A stretch of DNA of 64,000 nucleotides from Macrostomum lignano. Taxonomy: Eukaryota. Made by a program: the position numbers and the translations under genes. The notes beneath the pieces are model-generated. The model was not told where the DNA came from, did no database searches, and was given only the letters and a program-made list of their open reading frames with translations. Below are positions 46,655 to 64,000 of this stretch, in pieces; the first letter of the stretch is position 1, and every line of letters begins with the position of its first letter. Where the stretch lies: assembly GCA_002269645.1 (NCBI GenBank), contig NIVC01000292.1:310001-374000 (forward strand). The letters run 5' to 3'.

Positions 46655-46900
46655 GGGTTTTGTCTCTTCTCATCTCTCCTCTCCCTCATCTTCTCTCTTC
46701 TCTCCCCTCTCCCGTCTACTCCACTCTCATCTCTCCTCTCATCTCCTTTCTTCTCCCCTCTCATCTCTCCACTCTTCTCTCTCATCGCATCTCTATCTCG
46801 CCTCTCACCTCTCATCTCTCCACTCTTCTCTCTCATCGCATCTCTATCTCGCCTCTCACCTCTCATCTCTTTTCTCTTCTCTTTCTTCTCCTCTCAATGA
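46655..46900. repeat. CT-rich low-complexity repeat
   Basis: tctcatctctcc-type units, including a direct duplication. Confidence 0.85.
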
Positions 46901-47298
46901 TTGATCTTGCGGCAGAGTCGACAAAAACTAAAAAGTCTGAAAAAATGTTAACCTTTAAGTTCTATGAGCCCTGGGGTCGGCCACAACTTGTCATTTAGTC
47001 TTGTCTCTTCGTAGTCTAGCTGATAGTCGAACTTTTATATTTATACTCTTAGAACTAGCAGTACATGCGTCACCTCTCAATGCCGCCAAAGCTTAAGCGG
47101 CTCACAGCTTAATAAAAAATTCTAATCAAGAAATCGTGATATTTTCAAAAAAAATTGCCTGGCAGCTACTATGAGTAAAGACAGGAGACAATTTATTGCA
47201 CAAGAATCTCCTAGCAAATCAGTCAAAGTCGGATAATACTCGTGACAATTTACTTTTTAAATAGGAATAGACGCAAACAATTTGTCTGAGGCCAGGGG

Positions 47299-50198
47299 TC
47301 ACTGGCCGCCCAGTCTCTGGCTGACCTCTTCGGCCGCTCGGTGGCCGCTCTGAACGGCGCCGTCCATGAAGCCGCACCACTCGGTGGCGGTCTCTGTGCC
47401 CGCGAAGTGCACCCGGCCAAACGGAGCTCGCATGTTCGGCCCCATGAGGTGGGCGGCGCCGGCGCTGACAATGTTGACTGGGCAGCCGCCGTTGAAAGGC
47501 TCGTGGCGCCAGTTCTTCTCGGCGAAGTCAAGGCAGTCCAAGACCCGGTCTCGAGGGAAAAACCGGCTGATGTGCTCCAGCACGGCTGAGCGGCGCTGCT
47601 CCGGGCTCAGACCGTCCAACTCCTGCGGGCCAAAGGGAACAATGCCTGCGAATACTTCCTAACAGCACCCACCTCCTCACAGTACCCACCTCCTCACAGC
47701 AACCACCTCCTCACAGCAACCACCCCCTCACAGCAACCACCTCCTCACAGCGCCCACCTCCTCACAGCACCCACCTCCTCACAGCACCCACCTCCTCACA
47801 GCACCCACCTCCTCACAGTACCCACCTCCTCACAGCAACCACCTCCTCACAGCAACCACCTCCTCACAGCACCCACCTCCTCACAGCACCCACCTCCTCA
47901 CAGCACCCACCTCCTCACAGCACCCACCTCCTCACAGCACCCACCTCCTCACAGCACCCACCTCCTCACAGCAACCACCACCCCAGCCAAACACACAACT
48001 CTTGGCATGTATTTCAGCGCACTACTCAAGTCAAATGGGCACACCTGAGCCTGCAGGCCGCCAGACAGAACCACCAGCGCCGGGTCGTGGCCCCCCTCCT
48101 GAGAGTAGTCGAAGCAGACGGATATCGGCGCGGCTGTCAGTCCTGGCGCCGTGGGCGGCCCGTCTGCTGAGACGATCTCACCAGAGTAGCCGAGCTCGCG
48201 CCAGAAGGCCGTCTCGTAGGTGATGACGAACTTGAAGATGTGGCCCACTGGTGAGCACCTGTTCGAAGTTGAAAACCAGCATAAATTAGAAAAGCTGGCA
48301 CAAACGGCTTCAAATCTTTGCCCCTATCTGGGCCAGTTACCTGTACAGATCGAGCTTTCGAGCGGGCAGCGGTGGTTGCCAGTCCAGCTGCGCCAGCAGA
48401 TGCGGCGGCGCCGAGGACACCGCGTAGCGAGCCGTTAGCGGCGCCGACCGTCCGACAATGTCCAGACAGACTCGGTCGTCCAGCTGCCGGACAGCGGCCA
48501 CCGGAGCGGACAGCAGCACCCGCTGGGGGCCGAGGCGCTCAGCAAGACGCTGACAGATCTGGTGTGCGCCGCCCTTCATGCGGAAGCCCTGGCCTGACTG
48601 GGCATCGCTGGCCACCAGAGCCTTCGGGTTTGCAGTTCGGAATGTTGTTTGAATGCCATAGCGCTGTCCCGTCCCGTCCCGTCCCGTCCCGTCCCGTCCC
48701 GTCCCGTCCCGTCCCGTCCCGTCCCGTCCCGTCCCGTCCCGTCCCGTCCCGTCCCGTCCCGTCCCGTCCCGTCCCGTCCCGTCCCGTCCCGTCCCGTCCC
48801 GTCCCGTCCCGTCCCGTCCCGTCCCGTCCCGTCCCGTCCCGTCCCGTCCCGTCCCGTCCCGTCCCGTCCCGTCCCGTCCCGTCCCGTCCCGTCCCGTCCC
48901 GTCCCGTCCCGTCCCGTCCCGTCCCGTCCCGTCCCGTCCCGTCCCGTCCCGTCCCGTCCCGTCCCGTCCCGTCCCGTCCCGTCCCGTCCCGTCCCGTCCC
49001 GTCCCGTCCCGTCCCGTCCCGTCCCGTCCCGTCCCGTCCCGTCCCGTCCCGTCCCGTCCCGTCCCGTCCCGTCCCGTCCCGTCCCGTCCCGTCCCGTCCC
49101 GTCCCGTCCCGTCCCGTCCCGTCCCGTCCCGTCCCGTCCCGTCCCGTCCCGTCCCGTCCCGTCCCGTCCCGTCCCGTCCCGTCCCGTCCCGTCCCGTCCC
49201 GTCCCGTCCCGTCCCGTCCCGTCCGTCCCGTCCCGTCCCGTCCCGTCCCGTCCCGTCCCGTCCCGTCCCGTCCCGTCCCGTCCCGTCCCGTCCCGTCCTG
49301 ACCAGTTACAGCAATTTACCTGGAATCCACCTGCGGCACTGGCGTACGCCAGCATGTAGAGAGCGGACATGCGGCTCAAGGCGGCACCCCAGATGGTGCG
49401 GGCGGCAGCCTGCACCAGACACTTCGTGGCGCGGCTCCACGACAGGCTGTTGAACAGCGCCTGGCCCGTCAGGCCGTCGAGCTGGGCGGCGGTGCGGCAG
49501 GCTCCTGGATCGGCCGCATCTACCTGGCGGACTCGGCGCTCCATCTGGACCAGCACCTTGCCCATGTCCAGCAGACCCACCAGCCCAATGTAGGGGATCT
49601 CGCCGGTGTACTGCGCCACCTTGGCGCCCATCTCGGCGCACTTCCGGCCAGTCAGGTACTGCGGGTACTGCTCAATGTGCAGCTGGCGCATCAGCTCAGA
49701 AATATTCCGCTGGCTGGGCCCGATCCACATGCCGCCGAGGTCGAAGTTGGCCTCGCCGCCGCCCGCCGTGCGCATCCGGTGACCGAGAGTTCGGCCGCCG
49801 ACCCGGTCCTTGGCCTCCACTACAGCCACCCGACAGTCGGGCCGGAGGCGCAGCAGCTCGTTGGCGGCTGCCAGGCCGCTGATGCCCGCTCCAATCACCA
49901 GCACGTCGTAGTCGGTTGGCTCCCCTGACCGCTTTTCCTGAGGCTGCTCCTGAGGCTGCTCCTGAGGCTGCTCCTGAGGCTGCTCCTGATGCTGCTCCTG
50001 AGGCTGCTCCTGAGGCTGCTCCTGAGGCTGCTCCTGATGCTGCTCCTGAGACTGCTCCTGAGGCTGCTCCTGAGGCTGCTCCTGAGGCTGCTCCTGAGGC
50101 TGCTCCTGAGACTGCTCCTGAGGCTGCTCCTGAGACTGCTCCTGAGGCTGCTCCTGAGACTGCTCCTGAGGCTGCTCCTGCTGTTGTGATCCAGACAT
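47299..50198 (-). CDS. Flavin-containing monoamine oxidase-like protein; exons 50198-49320, 48621-48341, 48258-48045, 47622-47299
   Basis: DVLVIGAGISGLAAA (FAD GxGxxG), EAKDRVGGR, DLGGMWIGPSQ, GGAHQI, FNGGCP and VHFAGTETATEWCGFMDGAVQSG; junction phases are consistent. Confidence 0.9.
47660..47990. repeat. 17-bp minisatellite (cacccacctcctcacag) in MAO intron 3
   Basis: About 19 copies. Confidence 0.93.
48667..49297. repeat. (GTCCC)n pentanucleotide array in MAO intron 1
   Basis: About 126 nearly perfect copies. Confidence 0.98.
49935..50182 (-). repeat. 12-bp coding repeat (QEQP/QEQS/QEQH) at the MAO N-terminus
   Basis: About 20 in-frame copies directly after the start codon region. Confidence 0.92.
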
Positions 50199-51691
50199 GT
50201 CTGCAGTCTGAATTGTAGGACTTTTAATCCTATTACGCTCGTATATTGATTTGCTGAAAGAATTGAAAAGGAAAGTTCAGCTTTTAGCCACCGATGCAAC
50301 TCGATAATTTCTCTGTAGAAAGCGAGCAGTCTGTCTATACTTGAGCAAAGGTCTTGCAGATATACTGTACTCCGCTGCTGCTACTGTACTCGAGAAGATA
50401 AGCGGCGTGCTTATTGCACTGCACACCATATCTGGCCTCTGACCGAGAGAGGTGGCGGAAAGAGTAAAGCACTTAGGAAAATCTCTTAAGCACGAAATAA
50501 AGTTTTCTGAATTCGATTACCAATAAAATGATTTTGCATGTGAAACGTTCTGGTTAAAAGAACTAATTTATGACAAATCTAGGTATTTTTTAATACAAGC
50601 TTCGAATCATTTAGGGAGTACCCGCGTGGAAATTTCTATTTCAAAACATTTGACTCTGCAGAGTAGTTAAGAAAACATACAGGTTATAAATTTATTTCAC
50701 AGGTTGTTAGTCTACGTAAACGATAATATAACTAATCGGCTATGAAATAAATCCATTCAAATACGAGCTTAATAGGATTAATAGAAGTTAAATAATGATA
50801 GTCAATGGAAATTGCCTGTAATTGTATAAAAAATTGAGTCATTAAAAATTTAAATGAAAAATATGACTGCATGCAAAGGATATCTTTTAAAACAAATTAA
50901 CAAATAAGCAAAATATTGTCTCCTGTTATAGTTACCCTGAAGTTTAAACGGGCAACTTCTAAGAAAATAGTAAAATTAAATTGGTGCTAAAAAATTTTCA
51001 AAGACATTATAACAAGAATCTAGAGAATTCACCGCAAAATTTTATTTTCAATAATGAAAAAAGCCAGTAAAAAGCCATTAAAAATATTATTAATATTTTG
51101 TTTTACTAGAATAGAGTAGATTTTTCTCTACAAAATTCTGTCGTTTGTCTCCAGCTACTTGTTCCCACAGCTTGAAAATACACGATGGGTAAATGGGCTG
51201 TGGAAAAGCAAACTTAAAATACCGCGACTCTCTTAGTCATTTCTTCAGTTCAAATGCCCTCGTCTCTGTGTACTGTATGTTTTCTGTGCCTTAGTAGTCC
51301 AGTCTGGTTTTCTCACTTATTGTGCTTTCTAAACTCTCCCTCTCGCAGGCTTCTGATTGGCTCCTCCATCTTATCTCTTATCTCACTCCACCCGCTCTAA
51401 ATAAAGGAGATAAACAAATAAACAAATGGTTGGGCCCCGCGCCTCAGGGACAGTCATAGAGTCGCTAAATGGCTAATGTTGCACAAATTTAACTGTCGGA
51501 AGTCATCCGAGCCCATCGTAACATGAACTGCTATGAAAAAGTCGCGGAACAGTAACTAGTATGCGCAAACTGTGGGCTTTGAAGAGAATATAATTTCTAA
51601 TTATATTAAATAAATTCGAAAAAAATAATACAAAAAATTAACAGCTTGTCATTGTTCATATTTAGCCCAAAATTTTGCTTTAGTCACGAAT

Positions 51692-53200
51692 TTAAGCGCG
51701 TTGTGTGAAAACAATCTTATGTAGCGGTGGAGCTCTCAATAGCGTTCCCTTCGAGAACTCAGGATCCTCCGTCAGGTGCCACAGCGCCCTGCTGTCCTCG
51801 GGGTCCAGACCGAAGCGGTACCGCTGCATCAGAGCCGTGAAGAAGATGAACAGCTCCATCCTGGCCAGACTCTCTCCCAGACAAGCTCTCTTGCCCAGAC
51901 CGAAAGTGGCCAGGTGGGGACACGGCGCGAACTGTCCGTCCTTCAGATGCCGCTCGGGCAGGAAGCGCTGCGGCTCCGGGAACAGCTCGGGGTCGTGGTG
52001 GATCGAGTACACGTTGAAGGCGCAGATGCTGTCAGCCTTCAGACGAACTCCACCGACTGTGATGTCTTCAGTGACTCGGTGGAACACCCCAAACGGAGCG
52101 AGACACGACTTGCGGTGCACCTCCTCGATGACGGCCTGGATGTAGTGCAGACTCGGCTTGTCCTGCATCTTGGGCAGTCGGTCTCGACCGATCACATCGA
52201 CGATCTCCTTGTGCGCCTTCTCGGCCATGTCGGGGTTTCCAATCATGTAGAGAATGGCCCACCGGAGCGAGTTGGCGGTGGTGTCCGTTCCAGCCACGAA
52301 CAAGTCGCTGACCGCGAGTGTGAGCCGTTTATCGTTGAAGAGCTCGGGGTGTTTTCTATGGTGCAGCAGGTGGGCCTCAATGTAGTCTCTGGCCTGATCC
52401 ACACTATCCATCTCTTTCATATGGCGCTCTTGCTGCTCTGTACAGTACATTCTTAGCTTTTCGAAATTCTCAACGACCCTCTTTGAGCTTGGGACTTTCA
52501 AAAGCAGTTCCATTAGTGGCGGAATATTTTTAACTAGCGGCATCACTGACATGAAAATGTAGCGATTAAAATTGGAACTCGAGTTCTGGGTTAGGTTTCT
52601 AAATAGGTTGAGCATCTCGCTAAATCGCTCATCCTCGGAGGCGAGTCGTGAGCCAAACACGAGCTGGCAGATCACGTTGCTGGTGGCGGTGCTCATGACC
52701 ATCAGCGTCTCCACTGGCTCTCCAGCCGCCGCATCCAGCATGCTCACCATGTGCTCCGCCTCGATCGCGATGATCTCCTCAGCTCCATGGCGCCCGAATC
52801 CGAAGTCACGGAGCGTCTTTAATGTGAACCTTCGGTACTCCCGCCAGATTTCTCCATCTGTTAGCACTATGCCGCCCTTGTCACCGAGAAGGTGCATCAG
52901 CAGGTACTGAGGCAGCCGGCCAGTCAGCTGCTCAGCGTTGTCAATCATTGCCTCCTTGAAGACGGGCCACCGGTTGAAAAAGTACACGCACTGGGTGCCG
53001 AAGTGAACTCGAACGATCGGCTCTGTGCCGAACTTCTCGTACATCGACAGGTAGAGCGGCTCGTCCAAGTGGAAGTAGCTGCCAACCAGAGGATAGCGAC
53101 CGACCGACGGCGGCTCTCGAGCGTCGTCGAGCTTTCGCTTGAGCCAGTAGAGGCCGAGCGCCACTGCGCCTCCAGCGAGAGCTACTGTAGCTGTAGCCAT
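51692..53200 (-). CDS. Cytochrome P450, CYP2 clan, intronless, 502 aa
   Basis: N-terminal anchor, PPSVGRYPLVG, WREYRRF, I-helix LFVAGTDTT, K-helix EEVHR, PERH and heme motif FGLGKRACLGESLA. Confidence 0.95.
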   Translation of the reverse strand: MATATVALAGGAVALGLYWLKRKLDDAREPPSVGRYPLVGSYFHLDEPLYLSMYEKFGTEPIVRVHFGTQCVYFFNRWPVFKEAMIDNAEQLTGRLPQYLLMHLLGDKGGIVLTDGEIWREYRRFTLKTLRDFGFGRHGAEEIIAIEAEHMVSMLDAAAGEPVETLMVMSTATSNVICQLVFGSRLASEDERFSEMLNLFRNLTQNSSSNFNRYIFMSVMPLVKNIPPLMELLLKVPSSKRVVENFEKLRMYCTEQQERHMKEMDSVDQARDYIEAHLLHHRKHPELFNDKRLTLAVSDLFVAGTDTTANSLRWAILYMIGNPDMAEKAHKEIVDVIGRDRLPKMQDKPSLHYIQAVIEEVHRKSCLAPFGVFHRVTEDITVGGVRLKADSICAFNVYSIHHDPELFPEPQRFLPERHLKDGQFAPCPHLATFGLGKRACLGESLARMELFIFFTALMQRYRFGLDPEDSRALWHLTEDPEFSKGTLLRAPPLHKIVFTQRA

Positions 53201-53937
53201 GTAGAAGAACGCCTGTGTTTTATTTGGAAGCTTTGAATCTCTGTTGCAGTTACAGATGCAGGGCTTGCTGCTCAGTGTGCTCTCTCTGGCTAAGAAAAGT
53301 GTCTTTTATAAGTTCTTTGCTTGCCAAACTAGCCGAGATGGTTTGGCATGGTCTTACAGACCCGCAGTCTCAAATGAAGGTCGTCGCCAGTCTGCACAGT
53401 TACGCAGCACTGGTACTGCTCACCCAGCTCTTCTCTATTGGTTTATAGTAGTGAGGTTTTTCATTCGAGCTCAACTTGTCGGTGCTAAAATAAGTATCGT
53501 GTCATTTTTTGTGCCCCAGAAGGACAGGCTGTTGCGTATTCAAAAACCACTCTGAGATGCGGGGACGAATTGCGTTGCTCGCCAAGCAGTTTGAAGACAC
53601 TTTAACTGACCTTGCATGTCACTTTAACAATAGCAATTTGCTCGTTATTGGCGCTAATGCTTGCCAAAATGATCTAAAAATTTAACAAAACAGAGTTTTA
53701 TAAGTTCCTTGTAGAAACAATTCTTAAAATTGACTTTGGAGGCAAAAACTGCGCCTCATGTCACATGGAGTGAAATTAAAATTAAAAATATAATATGTTA
53801 AAAGTACATAAAAAGTGGAATCACTCTCGCGTGTCAGATGAAGCAGACTCTACTCTACGAAGGCAGACTCCAAGAATGAAAAAGTTTAACAACCAGCGAG
53901 ATAACGAGATTTTGTCCAGGTGTTTCTTTAAGCCCTC

Positions 53938-54270
53938 AAGAGCGTTCCTTTCGAGAACTCCGGATCCTCCGTCAGGTGCCACAGCGTCCTGCTGTATGCT
54001 GTATACAGCTGCATCAGAGCCGTGAAGAAGATGAACAGCTCGGGAAGGTGGCCAGGTGGGGACACGGCGCGAACTGTCCGTCCTTCAGATGCCGCTCGGG
54101 CAGGAAGCGCTGCGGCTCCGGGAGCAGCTCGGGGTCGTGGTGGATCGAGTACACGTTGAAGGCGCAGATGCTGTCAGCCTTCAGACGAACTCCACCGACT
54201 GTGATGTCTTCAGTGACTCGGTGGAACACCCCAAACGGAGCGAGACACGACTTGCGGTGCACCTCCTCGA
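53938..54270 (-). pseudogene. 3' fragment duplicate of the adjacent P450, heme-binding motif deleted
   Basis: Near-identical to about 51735-52128 (EVHRKSCLAPFGVFHRV...CPHLATF) but lacks the GLGKRACLGESLARM segment and has a second small rearrangement. Confidence 0.88.
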
Positions 54271-54290
54271 TTTTCTGGAATAGCCAGGTA

Positions 54291-54814
54291 CAGGGGTATC
54301 GCTATGGATTTTATGGTGGGAGGACAAAGCCGAGAATTCTACATGTGTTGTCATTGATCATTTGGCGCCGCAGGCACCATTTTAGCGCTTCACGCACTAT
54401 TTTAGCGCCAATGGCATCATTTTAGCGCCAAAGGCACCATTTTAGCGCCGCATGCACCATTTTAATGCCACAGGCACCATTTTAGCGCCGCAGGCACCAT
54501 TTTAGCGCCGCAGGCACCATTTTAGCGCTTCACGCACTATTTTAGCGCCAATGGCATCATTTTAGCGCCAAAGGCACCATTTTAGCGCCATAGGTACCAT
54601 TTTGGCGCCGCATGCACCATTTTAGCGCCAAAGTCACCATTTTAGCGCCAGAGGCACTCATTTTGGTGATGCAGGCGCTATGTTTTGTTGCCCTGAAGCA
54701 AAATTATTGATTTCCATTACAGGACAACTAGAAGGGGTGGGGGACAAAGCATTGGTATTTTCCCGCATTGCTTTTACTGGGGGACATGCCCCCCCCCCGG
54801 TGATGACGCCCCTG
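54291..54814. mobile_element. hAT-type non-autonomous element (MITE), 524 bp, with 8-bp TSD
   Basis: Ends CAGGGG...CCCCTG, flanked by GCCAGGTA at 54283-54290 and 54815-54822; internal 20-bp tandem array caggcaccattttagcgccg. Confidence 0.88.
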
Positions 54815-55189
54815 GCCAGGTATTCCTGTTACAGAAACATTTCTTGACAAAATATTAGTAGAATAAGTCATTTCTTGAAGTAAAAGACGTCATTCTTACA
54901 TCATATTTTCCGGTTACGTATTGCGCGCTGTACGAGAGTGGGTTTCAACATTGGGTCCATGTTGAGCGTTTTGGTGACAGCAAGCAAAATTATGCAAAAT
55001 GGCATATTTTAAGTGATCAGATAGCCTTACAAATACAAGTTTTACTTGTAAACAAATTTCACAATTACGAAGGTCTAAATTTGGCCACGCCAACATTATA
55101 TAAAGCCTTCGGCCTTGCACAAACTGCCCTCCAACACTACTTTCGTTGCGACAGCTGTGACTAACGAACGAACCCGATTAAGTTCAGCC

Positions 55190-56334
55190 ATGAGCGACGT
55201 GACCTTCGGAACCACCGTTGGCGTAGAGCTCTGCCTTAGCTGGCGACCAGCTTCGGGCAGCGAAATTCCAGACAACGCTGCGGATGCGGGAGGCGAGTGC
55301 TACGTGATCAGAGCTGAGCACAAAGGAGAATGGGTGCCCGGCAAGCTGGTCAGGGGCCAGGCCTGTGCGTACATCTCGTTCGGCGGCAGAGAGCTGCCGG
55401 TGCAGAGCTATCAGGTCCTGGTGCACTCTTGCACTGATCGATTTGGCATTGGTTTTACCTGGGCACCCGTCAGAGACGGAGTCCTGCCCCAGCGGGCGCT
55501 GGTAGCAGGGAGCGACAGAGGCAGCCCGCTGTTCGTGGTCAGGGGCAAGGTAAGCAGCTGTGGTTTATTGCACGCTAAATTAATCATGCAATTATGGGCT
55601 TATTCAGGGGCGGAGCCAGGATATGCATCGGGAGGGGCGCGTCATTGAGGGGGCGTCAGTGTCCTGAGGGTGCCAAAGTACTATATACATGTACTTCTGC
55701 GAGGGGTTGTAGCCTAGAGGGTCGAACTGAGGGAGAAACCAGACTCAGAGGTCCGGGGTTCGATTCTCGACGCTTTGGGAACAATTTGTGTCATGGAGTA
55801 AGACACACTTAACTCTGCATTGCTTCGGTTCACCCAGCTGTAAAATGGTGTGTGTGTGTGTAGCATCAGCATCTGACTGAAACTGTGACATCTGACTAGA
55901 ACTGCAGCATCTGACAGAAACTGTGATATCTGACTGAAACTGTGACATCTGACTGAAACTGTGGCATCTGACTGAAACAGTGACACCTGACTGAAACTGT
56001 GACATCTGACTGAAATTGTGACACCTGGTTTAAAAACACGAAATTCCGCATTCTGATTTACAAGGACCACTAGAAACTAACGTTTTAAAATTGTCCTTGC
56101 TGGTTACACAATTTGCAACATTTCCAGTCAGTTAAATTGTATCGCACAGGCAAAGCCGCTACAATGGCTACAGTATATCTGATATAAAGTTGCACTTTTC
56201 TCTTGCAGTGCAACGGAGAAGTGTGCACCGGTAAGGCCGTCTTAGGCCACCACAGGGCCTACGTACCGTATGGCGGAGAGGAGCGAGCTCTGGACTCTTT
56301 TGAAGTTCTGGTCTTCAACTGCGGTTCGAAATAG
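55190..56334 (+). CDS. DM9-repeat (DUF3421) protein, 161 aa; exons 55190-55549, 56209-56334
   Basis: Two DM9-like repeats (YVIRAEHKGEWVPGKL...AYISFGGRE...YQVL and LFVVRGKCNGEVCTGK...AYVPYGGEE...FEVL); phase-0 GT-AG intron. Confidence 0.88.
55703..55862 (+). mobile_element. tRNA-derived SINE with a CORE-like segment in the DM9 intron
   Basis: A-box TAGCCTAGAGG (55710), B-box GGTTCGATTCT (55757), then gtgtcatggagtaagacacacttaac...cacccagctgtaaaatgg and a (TG)n tail. Confidence 0.6.
55865..56030. repeat. 19-bp minisatellite (catctgactgaaactgtga)
   Basis: About 8 copies immediately after the SINE tail. Confidence 0.9.
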
Positions 56335-56699
56335 AGTTGAGTTTGATTGTTCTTGACATTGATTTCGAACATTAACTTGTTGCACAATACCTTTCAATTT
56401 GTTCCTCTGCGCGATTAACCTCTATGCAATCAACTGGGTCTTCGATCTGTGAAATACGCTGTAAGAATACAATATACTTTGCTATTGAGACTGGCTATAT
56501 TTAACTCAGAAAGTAGAACTTTCTGGCTTAAGTATCCAAATTCTTGCAACTTTGTTTGCATGTTTTAAGGTTTCAGCCTTTATTTTTAACTTTGATACGA
56601 GTCAGAAAAAGTCTTCCAAACGTCACAACACTTCTCAAAGCACTTTAAACTCGTCAAGGGAAGCATGCAGAGTTTTCTAGTGAGCTCCAGCGCTCTGGG

Positions 56700-56856
56700 C
56701 TGTGCGCACCTGTCTATCCTCCAGTGCACTCCATTTGTTTGGCTAAGGGCTGTGCGCACCTGTCTATCCTCCAGTGCACTCCATTTGTTTGGCTAAGTGC
56801 TGTGCGCACCTGTCTATCCTCCAGTGCACTCCATTTGTTTGGCTAAGGGCTGTGCG
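56700..56856. repeat. 50-bp direct repeat, about 3 copies
   Basis: ctgtgcgcacctgtctatcctccagtgcactccatttgtttggctaaggg reiterated. Confidence 0.9.
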
Positions 56857-57753
56857 ACTGCTTCAGATTTCAATTCAGGTTGACTCAGGGCACAATTGTT
56901 TTGAAAACTGCAGATTAATTAGGAGCCACAAGACAGTATTTATTAATTCAAAAAATCTGTTTTCACTTCAGAATAGTTCTTTAAGTATTGCATAGAAAAC
57001 TGTTTTTAGCATAAATGTTTGGCGATGCGCTTGCATCAGCCGGATATGCACAATATAAGCTGGTATAAGCTAGTGAACACCTTAAATTACAGGAAACGAT
57101 TGTACAGAAATTGTAAAGGAGTGAAATTCAACCACAGAAGAAGAGATAATACGCAGCAAGGACGGTTGAAACAACCTGTATGTTGTCAGCCAACAGCTTC
57201 TAATCAGTGACATCTGGGCCTTCTTCTTGGCCCTACAAGAAGTGCTAAAAAGATAGTTCGAGCTACGATCGTGCTTAGGCATACAAGATGTGGCAACTCG
57301 CAGCTGGTGTGAAAGTACATGCAGAAATTGTCAAAACGAATTTGGACCGATGTTTAGTCGTCAATACGTCAGGGCCTGTGTGCACCCTGTGCGATGACGC
57401 TGCATCAGTGAGTCTTTGAAGGTTACAAAGTACTTTCGGCATAAGTCCTAGTCCAGCCTCACTGACTTCCACCAGTCTGAGTGCCACATAGAAGACTATA
57501 AAGGAGAAGCTAAACATCGACTCACAACAACAATTTAATCAAATAAATATAATTGAAGTCTGCTTAAACAGTGAATATGACACCCATAAATAAATAAAAT
57601 AATTGCTTGCACTTTCTGCGCATAAATTAAAAATCAAAAGTTGAATATCAACAGATTGCATGAGACGCGTGGGTTGACTTAGGGCAGTAAAATGAGTAAA
57701 ATAGCCGGTTAGGGCTGCTTACAGTAGCATATTGCAAATCTTTGCAAATCAGT

Positions 57754-64000
<6,247 letters not shown>

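Noticed and set aside
46561-46972. hAT-like element start (caggcgtctgataaaaacggcccgcgggcc) with a possible gccctg end
   Set aside because: The putative TIRs match poorly and there is no 8-bp TSD.
38297-53200. Intronless GST and P450 as retrocopies, and GST+MAO+P450 as a detoxification cluster
   Set aside because: No poly(A) remnant or TSD was seen, and the genes are unrelated and separated by transposons; proximity alone is not evidence of co-regulation.

Overview
Eukaryotic (animal) genomic DNA. GC-rich coding exons with GT-AG introns, most introns filled by their own minisatellite, and a DM9 gene suggest a free-living flatworm such as Macrostomum; this is an inference, not a verified assignment. 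Genes reconstructed by hand: a GRIN_C/GPRIN-like protein, TBL2, a divergent nuclear receptor, HDAC3, two MPPED-like metallophosphoesterase paralogs (the second has lost its metal ligands), a sigma-like GST, a flavin monoamine oxidase-like gene, an intronless CYP2-clan P450 plus a decayed 3' duplicate, a DM9 protein and TTC30/IFT70 (5' end outside the window). Mobile DNA: a solo LTR, a young gag-only LTR retrotransposon with a tRNA-Lys PBS, non-LTR relics, a deleted piggyBac, a hAT MITE and tRNA-derived SINE-like pieces. The most striking observations are (1) a TTC30 intron made of 41 extra in-frame tandem copies of its own splice acceptor plus exon start, (2) an intact but apparently catalytically dead phosphoesterase paralog, (3) nearly CpG-free domains confined to the 5' introns of TBL2 and HDAC3, and (4) a nuclear receptor with a CHACKS P-box. 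Exon boundaries were read by eye and copy numbers are approximate.
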